A stretch of 64,000 nucleotides of DNA, from NCBI GenBank assembly GCA_028023455.1, contig JAQFVV010000009.1, positions 13,764,001-13,828,000 of the forward strand. Direction: 5' to 3'. The translations under genes were made by a program, and so were the position numbers. Positions 25,401-38,400 of this stretch are shown piece after piece; position 1 is the first letter of the stretch, and each line of letters opens with the position of its first letter. The notes under the pieces are model-generated. The model saw only the letters and a list, made by a program, of their open reading frames with translations, was not told the DNA's origin and searched no databases. The DNA is from Epiperipatus broadwayi. Its lineage: Eukaryota > Animalia > Onychophora.

Positions 25401-28400
25401 GCGCCAGCTGACAAGGTCCCACAGAATGTACAAGTAAAAGCTGGGTCACTCAACTCTCACCTACAAGAAATACATATTTTGTAAGAATTGTCTTACTTTA
25501 AAAAAATGTGTTGATGATTACAATCTTTTTTTACATATATATACTACATTTTTATATACATATGACATTTAATAATTATATTACTGGATGTATAAACTTG
25601 AGAGAGAAAGATTACAATGAAAGAGCATACAAACTCGGGGGGTAAAAAAATCTTACATATATATTATTCATTATTATTTAAAATAGAAGGAAAAAAAAAC
25701 ATTATATGTACATATTAAATGCTCTACAGGGTATTGCAGGGTGTGGGAATTTCAAATAGTTCCACAGATGGGCGTCCAAATCCAAGAAAAAAAAAATCTA
25801 CTGTACCAGTCGAAAATGTATGTTCATTCAACAAGATTTAGAATCTAAGCAAAAGTACCCCGAATCCAATCATGCCCGAGATACACAGGTCAGAAGCAAT
25901 CATGAATTCTAACCTATTTGCCCATTCTCCAAATCTATAACACTACGGACAACACTCTACGGTGATACCACATAAATTAATTATTTCTGGGCCTGGTGCT
26001 ACATCGTTTTGCATGAGACTCACCTGATGATGATGATGAGAGATCGAGTGAACCCAAGATATTAAGTTTAAAATACATAAATATAAATATTAAGGAGATT
26101 CGAACAACTGAATTAAGTTTAAAAATATATAAACATTTATTTTGACAAACATTCTAGATTTTATATATATTCAACTTCACGCATTTAAAACTTTAATTTT
26201 GGTTACAAATATTTGATGATCTTTTTACAATTATTTTATTTCAATAGATATCAATTTAGTGCGGCGGTTACGATACTGACGTATATTTCAAATAGGATTT
26301 TATTCAATGTACAAAAATAAATTTATCTGGGTGATTGGTAGACGTTTATACATTTAGAAATACATGTAAAAATATAATAATAAGAGTTTCGCTGATTATA
26401 GGACTTGAATATAATGCCCTTGGCATTGGATACATATTTTCATTTATGAACTTTATTTACAACACTAAAATGAGTATACTTTGTGATCAAAATATACTTA
26501 AAAATATTTATTTATTTTACATTTTCGACATTTAAGAATAAGAATATAGCGAAACTTTGTTAATACGGGGAATGGCTTATTCAATAAAGGGGAGGGCAGC
26601 TTCATGAGAGGTTGGATTTAAACTCCAACTAAAAATATTACAAAGAGAAAACGTTTCATTATTACATATCATTAGTTTTATTTTGTCAAACAGGCTAAAA
26701 GAAAAACGAACTATAGGGAAACTGCGGTGTTAGCATAATAGCCAAATATTTGCGGATCCAATATTTGGAGGTGCTTTATCGTATTACGGAAGAAAAACAG
26801 TCTAGCCGACTTGCCACCCCACATTTTGTGGAATCGGTTGACAAAAGGTCCTCGGACGGAGATGCACTGGGCTGAACTTTGTCGGAATGATCCCATGCAT
26901 TGCTCTCGTTACGCGAGTATATATATAGATGTGGTCTAGGGACATTCATTGCCCTGTTTACGACCTGAAACGAAGATGAGACGACTCGGGCGTTCTGACG
27001 CATGTCTCTAGATAAAGCTTAACATGAAGAGTGGCCTATGCTAACAATGCTATTATAATATAAAATCATTGGACTTAAAGACTAAATATAAAGCCTTAAA
27101 TAGTTTAACAAATACGTAATGACATGTTAAAATAATGACCCGTGTGAGATAAAATCATTGATTAAAAGTTAAAACTACAATTGATGAAGTTTACATTTCT
27201 CCCCTTTCTTGAATCATTATTTTGTTTAACATATATAAACTAAAATTTGTGCACTTAAAAGTGCGAACAACAAAATAGAATTTGTTCACCAGTCTTTTTG
27301 GCGATGCTGATGAATAAAGAACTTAATAAAACTAACGTATACCAAAATCCATCCCAGATTGAAAAATATTTGTACATTTGGTATAATTTTACGGTATAAT
27401 ATTTTAAATGAAAAAAAACATATATTCATTTTACAAGAAAAACTCAGACTTACGAACTATTTAGAAATAAATAAATAAGAAGTCATTACCCCCCCCCCTT
27501 TTAGTTCATAAAACCAGGTTTGATTTGCATTTAAAAATAAAAGTTTAGTGAAAAATATAAAAATATCAGTTAAAGTAAATTATAACCGCACTAATTTATA
27601 AAAGAAAGCAAGAAGCGTGAGTTGAACGAAGTGTTTTATAGTAGCATTAATTTATGTTATAGAGAATCGATATAAAGAAAAGAAATAATTATTAGTTTTA
27701 ATGTACTCGCCGATGAGTGAGTTAAAGAGATTAAATATACAGAAAACATTAATTTAAAGAGAGTTTACAAGTTATAATTTAGGTAATACGATTATAATGA
27801 CTTTGGGCTGGTTACCTCAGCATTCTAGGAAATACAGATAAATTTTGTATGGCAGACGGCATTCTTTGACATGTCTCTTGGTCTCGGCGGTTTTTGGACG
27901 GCATGGGAACACTTGAATTGTAGGAGCTACATCATGCACGGCGAAGATTGGAGCCGAAGATGGAGAGGAAGGCCTCTGAAGCCCCTCAAAAATTACACAG
28001 ACAGCAAGTCGTTTAAAGACTATTGACCTAACTCTTTCTCTCTCTCTCTCTGGCACAATAAATTTTTGGCCCTATTTATACAAAACTCTAAGGTGTTCAA
28101 AGAACTGTTTTTTTAATTAAAACTTATCTTCAATTAACAGAAATATTTTAGCTATGGTTAGTGGAGATGGAATCGTTAGATAATTGTCCAAAAATAATTT
28201 CAAATCAATTTCCAGATTGGAAATAGATTTGATAAAAAATGTTAATCTCTAATTAAAATCAATTAGCTTTGTTTTTAAATTTTACTTTCATTAACTTTAG
28301 TTAAAAAATTCTTTTTAAAATCATGAATCCCACCCCTTTAATTATTCTTGGACAGCCATCTTCCATCTTGAATATTTTGTGTACTTATATGAAGAAAATA

Positions 28401-28688
28401 TTTATAAAACAAATGACATATAATTAAGAATAAAAATACAAAATTATTTAAAAGATTTGTTTGTGCTTTTATATATATAAAAGCTCCGTTAATATATGTA
28501 TATATCTGAGTCGCATTCATAAAAGTCAATGTTTAAACTTAAAGAAATTTTTTATTTGAGATTTATATTTATAAACTTTTATAGACGCTTCTCAGAAATA
28601 TACTAGTTTATATAAATATGACGAAAAAACCAGTGGGTTAAGTGGTAGAACAGTGGAGCTCGATCTTGGGCTAAGATCGACTGCTACA
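22450..28688. mobile_element. Giant foldback element, Ginger-like termini, no transposase ORF
   Basis: Arms 22450-25352 and 25778-28688 are reverse complements around a 425-bp spacer. Termini are TGTAGCAGTCGATC...GATCGACTGCTACA. TTAC is duplicated at 22446-22449 and 28689-28692. Confidence 0.9.
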
Positions 28689-29762
28689 TTACCAATAAGT
28701 GTCCATTGATTACTCAAATTTACAACAGATGGCTCTAGAGTAGATTGAAATAAGTTATTACTTTTTATTGATAAAAAATGAAAAATCATACAATCTTAGT
28801 AAGTTCATTGAAAATGAAGCTGACGTTGTGATGTGTCTAATTCTGAAAATGTCTTTGGTCCAAGATTTTAATTGTCATGAAAGAATATTAGTAATCAACA
28901 ATGTAAAGCAGATAAATAATAAAAAATTATTTTTGTCTATACAAAAATAACTTTTCTAATAAGTTTTCTAAATTAAAAAGTTACTATAATAGCCATGTTA
29001 GCAAACGTAGCTCTACTCTTGTCTGTGTCTTGCAAAATGTAGATATCCACAACTATTTCCAATGATTTCATTGTAAATAAAATGATTTTAATTAATTTAT
29101 GGAATCTCAAAAAAAAAAATATTATATTTACAAATCTTAACAAACACTAATTGCCAGTCCTGGAAATATTCGCCATTACTTTTGAGTTAGGATTTAGCTT
29201 TATTTTTAAAATATAACCTTGAAATCATTATAATACATGATATCGTAATTCCTGTATTACTTTAAGCTCCATTGTTGGCAAAATTATTATGGTTTAAAAT
29301 AAGAGCCAATTTTTACAGGTAGAATAATATTTATTCTTTCCAGTAAAATTTTCTTGGACATCATAAATTAATGATTTTTCCATATAAATTTGATATTAAT
29401 TTTTTTAACCATTTTTTATAAAATACACTTTTTGAATGCTTAATTGCAACCGAACACAACCTTTACCAAAGTGATATTTGGTAGAATGGTTTAACTTTAT
29501 CCAATTTGTGGTGGTAAAAATGCTATTGATTCAAAATCCAGCATTAGTTCTAATAATTTATCTGAAAAATTGACAAAGAAATTAGAAATTTTGCCCTATT
29601 TAAAAAATCATTTAAATTTTTATATAAATTCTTCACAGATATTTATTATATTGAAGGCCATATTGTCAGTTAAATAGTTGATTGTATAATATTGTAATAT
29701 TTGATTGAATAAAGCACAATACACTACTTTAAATGACAAAGATTTACGTGTGTATATATATA

Positions 29763-29968
29763 AAATCATAAAAACCAGTTAACACTTAGACAATCCCAAT
29801 AACAATCAACAATTTCTAACTGTTGTCATGGCAATCTCCTTTTAATAATAAGGGTGAAATTCTACCTGTTATTAATAGTCTAATATACTGTACTTATATA
29901 GACACTAAAGATTGCAACTAGATCACAGAGATTGAAATTATTGATACAAAGAAGTTTAAATAAACCTC
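29763..29968 (-). repeat. Partial inverted copy of the 34599-35415 repeat (family Z)
   Basis: gattgcaactagatcacagagattgaaattattgatacaaagaagtttaaataaacctc is the reverse complement of the start of the 34599 unit. Confidence 0.75.
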
Positions 29969-32900
29969 TTTATGCATATATGCAGCAATACTTTTCAAAA
30001 CAAATTTTGCCATAGACTATTAAAAATATTTTCTTTCTAAATTTAGATAAGTAAAAAATTATGTAAAAATCTATGGACATTAGACAGTAATTTTGGATGT
30101 GAATATAGCATCTCCATCTAAAATCCATTGACTACTCTTTTAATAAATTAATAGGCTGAAGTACTGTTTCTAAGACTATTATATATATATATTACCAACG
30201 TCAATATAGATTGAGGAAATGTCAAATAAAAATCAGAAATCTTACTCATTATTAAAAAAATAGTAACCTGTTTTGTTTTTTTTTAACGATTTTGAATTTT
30301 GTTAGTTGTCATAATCACAGATTATAATCTTTGAATTCTTGTCTGACAATTAAAAAACGTCTCAGAATTCAACCTTTTCTTTCATATAAATTTAAATAAT
30401 AGTTTGAATAAATAATTTGTAAGGAATTATATATATATATATAAAGAATATAAATTATTCTTTATAAATTATTTATTCAAAACTTTTATCAATTGAGTTA
30501 TTTACTTAATAGCAATGCCTAAAAAAAATCATAATTTTGATTCTGATAATCAAATTGTTGGGAAACTTTTCAGAGATCTATATTTACTAGTTGGTGTATA
30601 ATTTATTTTTAGAAAGAATATACATATATTTTGAATATTTATTTAAATACTTACTCATTTAACTCAATACATTTGCCTATACATTAGTCATTGAAAAATT
30701 GGCTAAGAACAGAGTATAAATATCTTATTGGCCATTGCAAATAATTTTTTTTATATTAGAAATAACTTATGACTATAATTTCTCTGCCTAAAAGCAGATA
30801 GAAATAACTAGACTAAAGAATATCTCAACTTTTGTAGGTATTAGTTTGTCCTTGCTATTCTTTCACACTGTTCTGGTATCTCAATATTTGGAGCTAGCTA
30901 CATTACAAACATTCTACATCATTAAGATGTATATTTACCTTAATATCACAAAACAATAAATAAATATATACATTTTTTATCAAAGTTTATAGTATATATC
31001 AACTGCCAAAGCTATGGATTTTAATACATGATATTTATTTAAGTTTAGATTATTTTTTTATAATTCAATTATTTAGAAATAATTTAGTAAATAACTTTTA
31101 TATCTATCTAAATTCAAGTTATATATATTTCATGAATGTGCTCTTTTTTAATATTATAATAATATATTATTTAAAAAGAGGGTATATATTATATAATGTA
31201 AATTTTTGGAAAACAATATAAACTCAATGCTTTTTACATTTAAAAAGCAGATAGGTGCTCTGTATGTTCAAGAAAGTAATTCTTTTTCTACACTATTTTA
31301 AACATATTTTAATGATTTTAATTAGTGGATCATGATTTGCTTTAGATATTATACCATCAAGAACATTCTTTGTCCCTGAATATTGTATAAATTACTTAAA
31401 GATGTGAATGAACAATGTTTTAGGGATTTATTTGTATATCTCTTTAACAAAAGTCTTTTTGGTTTATTTAGCCATTTATAGCTTTATCCTACTTCATTAA
31501 CTATCCTCTTCAAAATTTTCTTTATTAACAGATAGTAGAGAGTGACTTTTGGCTTTAGATTTTCTTCAGATCAGAAGTCATTAAAAATTTGGCCATTGAT
31601 ATTTCAGACAAAATTATGGGAAATTATGACTATGTAATTTTACTACTCTATTGTATTTTGCAAGTTTAGAATACTTTTAAAAATTATTAACAAAATATGC
31701 ATTGATAACTATATATTAAAAGTATTGTGCTATAGTAATTAGCACACTTATCTGCCACACACACAATCTGAGATTCAAATCCTAGTAAAATAAGATTTTT
31801 TTTTTGATATTTCATATAAGTTTAAGATTATTTGTAGTTGTTGTGCCCAAGTCAGCCAGTTATTGGCTAATAAACTGGTGTCTAGCTTTTCTCAGCTATA
31901 GGATAAAACAAAGAATATATATATATATTGTAAAAGATGGCTTACAACCAATCTTCACACCTGTCCCAATTTATTTTTCACAATGTTTGAATTCAGACCA
32001 AGTGGTAGGCAAATAATTTATCCTACATACCTGCTTATATACATATAGTATATATATAAACCTACATATAAATTGATATTTTTGAGAAATGAATTCTTTT
32101 TTTTTTTTTATCTATTGTGAGAAAGCAAACAAATTCATTATATACAGGAAGTATATATGTATATAAACTAATATGTTTGTCTATTTGTAGAAGTTAATTG
32201 TTTTTCTTTTATTCATTTAATATCATTAACTAAAATACTAATGAATTGACTTATAGAACCAACATAATCAAAGATCAAAATTATATGTGGTCAAAATTGT
32301 TGATAGATGATCGAATTTGGAATAATGAAGATTAAATAATAATAATAATAATGTTTTATAATTTGTTTTTTTTTATTAAGTTGTAACAATAGGTTTTAGC
32401 TGGCATGATAAAAAGTAGCGTTCTTCACTTGAAAACTAACCATTGAACCGATAGCACATAAGTAAAACCTTTTGCGTCTAAAAACAGTAAAGTTTTAATA
32501 TCTGTATTTTCAAGCAAATATAAAATCTTTATTTTGGATAGTAGGAAAATTGAAATTTAAACTTTAATTTATAATTACCAGGAATGAACTAATGACATAA
32601 TTTATTCTGCAAGCTGGAAATTATTATTATAGAAATCATAAAAAAAAAACCTGAAAATATTAGAAGTTAATTGTTTTTTCAAGCCATTTTCATATATTTG
32701 TTAGAGCTACAGTATAATTAATAGTGATTGATAAAATGGTCATTACAATGAGTCAGGGATAAAAGACCAGTGCTGTAGGACTTTCCAAAGCTAGCTTCGA
32801 TGTCATTATGAAATTATCCATCAAGATGTCTATTTAAAGAACGCTAGTGTACGTCAATCTTCCATGGATTTATATACATTCATGAGAGATATTTCGTATG

Positions 32901-33821
32901 TGTTTGTTTTAATCAAGAGACATGAAATTCATAAATAGCAATAGAGTTGGTGAACAAGAAGAGCATGCATGGAGATTGACATTTACCTTCCTCAAGATAA
33001 ATATATTTTGTTTTGATTCACTTGATTATTATTTTTTTTTGCTTTTGTCATTTCTATTTGAAAGTTTATGTATTGTAATTTTTTTTTATTGGGTATTCAA
33101 AATTTATTTTTCAAATTCGATCACCTGCAATTTAAAAGTGGAAGCAGTGGATGGATAAATATCATATGTTGATATATTTTTAAAAAAATAGGAATCATAT
33201 TCAATTAATATATATTATTTTTAATAAAAGAAAATTTATAGATTCCTCTGGAAATTCAACATTGATCCATCAAGGTGACCTCAAGTAAGATTTTTATATA
33301 TTTAACATTGAGGGCAAACTTTAGGACAAACAAAACTATTTTGTTTACTAATAAGTTTTGATAATATTTACTTGTAATTTTGTTTTATTTCTGAATGCAC
33401 AATTAACCCACATGAATAAATGTTTTTCTGTTTCGTATCTATCATTAATTTACTAGGACTTGCGCACACATATAGATGGGAGTGGGGCTATATATATATA
33501 TATTAATATAAAAAAAATGGTTATAAATATATTTACCATAACCTAAGAATATCATTCTAATAATTACATTGATGGTGTAGTTTTAGAATTAGTGAACTTT
33601 CATTTTGTTTTGTTTTATGTATATAGTTAATGAATTATATAATATAATTTTGTATGTAATATACTTCAATTTATTTTGTTTCTGTTGTGTGAAGCGATCA
33701 AAATGATAGAAAACCATTCTTGATAACCGAATATTTATTTATTTTATTATTTTTTGTTTGTAAATATTTATTATATATATTGTTAATAAACGTATTAAGT
33801 TGTTTAAATCAATCTGATCTC

Positions 33822-34050
33822 TGTTTGATCATCACCATCATCATCATGCATTTATACCACTAGATGTTTGATCATCACCATCATCATTGCGCATTTATAC
33901 CACTAGATGTTTGATAATCACCATCATCACTGGGCATTGATACCACTAAGTGTTTGATCATCACTGTGCATTGATACCACTAGATGTTTGATCATCACCA
34001 TCATCGTTATGAATTTACACCATTAAAGGTTTGGTGATCATCATTATCAT
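33822..34050. repeat. Minisatellite, about 43-bp unit, 5-6 copies
   Basis: tgtttgatcatcaccatcatca...catttataccactaga repeats in tandem with indels in the (cat)n core. Confidence 0.9.
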
Positions 34051-34598
34051 TATGTATTGCTCTTTTAAATAATTGATCATCATCAGTATTTTTCTATATC
34101 TATGCTTATACATAGGCATATTTGGTTAATAATTGAGTAAGCCCATCCCTGAAGAGAGCTGACTGCAAGAACTCCCTGAGTTTGAATTCTGTGGTGTAAT
34201 GGGGCCTAAAAAGGGAGATGTAATGAATATGCACTGGTCTAAGTTACATTGAAATATTGTTAGTAAATTATAAGTTAGTATATTGAAAGTAGATGTTGTT
34301 TGGAACTGGGCATTTCGTTGTGACATCTTTAGCATCCTATTCGAAGGCCCAGGTCTGACAGCTATGAAATGCGCTCCCTTTGTTATATGCCATTCCTGAT
34401 TCTGTAACATCTGACACACCCAAATGTGCCATCGAATCATAAATTTAGGATATGACTTGTAGGTTGGTTGACACATTTCATTCAAATCATCCAACTACTT
34501 AGTTGTATTCACGTCATCATATGGTGTACCCTGCGGTTCCGTTATATAATATATATATATATACAAGTGTAATAATACTCAAGGCTAAATGTTTAATG

Positions 34599-35415
34599 GA
34601 GGTTTATTTTAAACTTCTTTGTATCAATTATTTCAATCTCTGTGGTTAAGTTGCAGTCTTTAGTGTCTATATAAATATATTGGACCATAGGAGATTGTCT
34701 TCAACAACAGTTTGAGATTGTTGATTGTTATCTATATTGGGATTGTCTAAGTGTTGACTGATTTCAGATGGTTACATATAAACCCAGTTAGTTTTGAGCA
34801 TTGTCTCACTTATTATTTAAATAATACTTTGGATGCAATTTGAAAATTATAATTGCAATTTGTAATGTTATAATTGACTATTTATTAGTCTGCATTCATA
34901 ACAGGTTATATTTTCTTGTTTAAAGGTGGTTTATTTAAACTTCTTTGTATCAATAATTTCGATCTCTGTGGTCAAGTTGCATTCTTTAGTGTTTATGTAA
35001 ATATATTGGACCATAAATAAAGGCGGGATTCCATCTTTATTGTTAAAAGAAAGTTGCCTTGACAACAGTTTGAGATTGTTGATTGTTATCTATATTGGGA
35101 TTATCTAAGTGTTGACTGGTTTCTAATGATTACTTATAAACTCATTTAATCTTGAGCATTATTACACTTATTTTTTAAGTAATACTTTAGGTGCAATTTG
35201 AAAATTATAATTGCAATTTGTAATGTTATAGTTGACTATTTATTAGTCTGCATTCAGAACAGATTATATTCACCTGTTTAAAGGTTTACTTCTTTGTATC
35301 AACAATTTCAATCTCTGTGGTCAAGCTGCAATCTGCCTTGACAATTGTTTGAGATTGTTAATTGTTATCTATATTGGGATTGTCTAAATGTTGGCTGTTT
35401 TCTAATGGTTTTATA
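34599..35415 (+). repeat. Tandem repeat family Z, about 330-355-bp unit, about 2.4 copies
   Basis: acttctttgtatcaa..atttc.atctctgtggt.aag recurs near 34615, 34940 and 35287. Confidence 0.85.
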
Positions 35416-35429
35416 TATATATATAACAG

Positions 35430-38400
35430 AAGATTATCACAGGTTTATAGATTTTAAGTATTGAAAATTTAATGAGGATAGTCTGTGTATTTTTATAAAT
35501 AATTTTTCAGCAGTAGTGTAATTACTAATTAAAAATAGATATTGCAAATTGAAATTACATCATATAACAATCTTTTTTTTGGCTGAAATATTATTAAGCT
35601 AAAAGGAAATTTTATTCTTAGCTAATATCAAAGATTTTTTAGGATTGTAAATCAGACTATACTATTTATGTCTGAGAAGATTTAAGTATAACAACTTTCT
35701 AATTGCATTCACAATTAATTTAAATTATCTTATAAAAAATTATATGTTTTAATCAGATGGTTTTCACAGATTTATACATTTAAATTTAACAGGAATACTT
35801 TGTATATTTTTATAAGTAATTTTTCAGCAATTATGTAATAAAGCAAAATACCAATTAAAAACAAGCACTGCAAACTGAAATTACATTATTTAGTTTTTTT
35901 TTTCTAAAATTATAAAGTTAAAGTGAATTCTGCTTTTAGCTAATTAGATTTAAAATGTTTGGTAAATCAGATAATAATATTTATAGTGTGAGGATTGAAA
36001 ATATAAAAACTTTCTAAATTTATTCACAATTAATTTAGGCTCTCCAATAAAGAACTATAGCTTTTAAACATAAGTTTTTTCACAGGTTTATACATGTAAA
36101 TGTTGGAAGTTTGACAGGAATATTCTATATATTTTTGTAAATAATTTTTCAGTAATGGTGTAATAAAGCAAAACATTAATTAAAAACAAGCAAGCTAAAA
36201 TCATATCATTTAATATAGTATTTCTCAACTGACTACATGTTGCAGACCTATAAATTTTTTTATTATGGACCACATGAAGTATTGAACAAAAAAAATGGAA
36301 GAAAGGGCAGGTGTTTTTATAGTAAAATATTATTATAGTGTTTAACAAATTTAATATATATATATGTATATTCAAAGAATGTTAAAAAAAACATAGAATA
36401 ATCGACAAAACTATATAAAAGTAAACTAATTAACAAAATATTAAACTAATAATAAACAAAATCTGAAAAAAAATAAAGATTAGTATTTAAATAACTGAGC
36501 AAAATATAAAATCAAAAACTAATGTTATTGTTGCTGATTCTTTTCAGTAATTAGCTTATCAAGTCTTGGAGACATCTTTGTGAACTGCTAAGCACAAAGT
36601 TGTATTTATTAATAAAGAATTTCTTTTGATTTTATGAGTGTCATTGCCGAAAATGTCGATTCACATAAGTATATGGTCGAAAACTGCAATAATATTCTTA
36701 AGGCTTTTTTGTGTAATTCTGGGTATTAAGTTTTAATTTTAATACAGAATTGAGTTCAACTTGTCAAATTAAATAATAACTTTAATGTACCATCACAACT
36801 TAAGTCTACTTATTTTTCCTGTTCCAAATCAGTAAAGTTATTTTCTTGTTTAATGAACATATTTAAAATGCACATATCGCTTTTCCATGTGTCTTCTTCT
36901 GTGGAGAATATTGATCAAACACACAACAAAATCCTGTTAAATGTTTATAAGCAATATTTTTCACTTTGTCGATATTTATATCAACTTCATTTATCATTTC
37001 TGAAAATGAATGGAATATGTCATAATTTTTTCCTTCTACATGCTTATAGTTTTTTAAGTTTTCTTGAATGTCTCAATTTTATTTCATAAATCAAAAGTAA
37101 TACTATTTTCTTGCAAGTTGAACTTTAAGTCATTTATTAATGAAAATATATCTGACAAGTAAGCCAGTTTAACAATCCAATTGTTATCACAGAAAATATT
37201 TTCAATTCTGAATTTTTTGTTTCTAGAATTGTTTCAACTTCTTTTGTTAATGCATAAAGTTTTGCTAATATTTTCCTCTTGACAGCCATCGTATTTCTGC
37301 ATGAAGTCAGGAGACACTTTTTTAGTAGCTAAATGCAATGTATAACACAATGAGTAAAAATCAATTTGTCATACAACTACTTTAAATTTTTTTTTTTGCA
37401 ACTGCTGAATGTTGTCCAGTCATACTTGCTGCTTCATCAGTACATAAGCCAACACAATTTTTTGAATTAAATGAGTTCTTTTCAATATAATTATCAACTG
37501 CTTTAAATATATCCAAACTGGTTGTGCGATTAGGAAGTTCAACACAATAAAACAATTCTTCTTTTAGATCATTGATTTTGTAATTAACATAACAAATATA
37601 ACATAAAAAAGTATGGCATTGTGGGTAACATCAATAGATTCATCTATTTGAATGACAAACAATGATTTTCTTACTTTTTGAATTAATTGACCTTTATCAT
37701 CAGTCACCTATTCATTAAATCTACATTGAATAGTATCATTAGAAAATGGCAGCTTTCATTTTGTCTCCAGCAATTGTATCTAGGATTTTAGAAATAACAT
37801 CTATTAAACATGATTTAATTAAGTTTTCGGCAATAGAATATTGCTTTTTGCATATGCAATCCTTGAAGTAATTAAATATAATGCTTTTACAAGAGTCTTA
37901 TGGACTAAAATAAATTTTTAAAAGATCATTTTAGTTTTTTCAATTCAGCACTTTTATGTTCAAAAAAAATCAGTAGATTTGAATATTTGATCTGTAAATG
38001 ATACATTAATTTTGCTGGTTTCATACATTCATTAAAATTTCTTTGCAAATTATGCATTGAGGTGTGGATAAATTTTCTTCCAACTCAGGCCAAGAAACGA
38101 AACCAAATTTTAAATAATCGGGATTGAATTGACAAACAACAGTACATTTTTGTTTTGCCTGAGGCAAATCATTTTGTGATTTAACAATATTTTCATTAGC
38201 ATTAAGAGTATTTATATTTGGTTTTTGAAAAAAGTCTGCAATAGTTTTTAATGTTTTCTTGTTATTATTCATTTTTAAATGACTAAAATTTATCAAAAAA
38301 GTAAATATTAAGTATTTAATATCCTTGCTATCATTGTGTGCCATTACAATTCTGATTGGCTGACTATGGCAAACTATACAGTATATACGACTGACAACTG

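Noticed and set aside
22609-28529. Paired ORFs in the foldback arms (MTFMN..., MRQNARV...)
   Set aside because: They are paired only because of the inverted duplication. One pair is frameshifted between arms and none resembles a transposase.
22450-28688. Foldback as a long-read adapter artefact
   Set aside because: The arms differ by about 3% with a transition bias, there is a unique spacer, and the ends have TG/CA plus a 4-bp TSD.
33822-34050. CRISPR-like array
   Set aside because: The units are contiguous with no unique spacers, the context is eukaryotic and there are no cas genes. It is a minisatellite.
34740-35150. Hammerhead in family Z (minus-strand GAAACCAGTC)
   Set aside because: The stem III-like half is present, but no CUGANGA box or stem I partner can be recovered.
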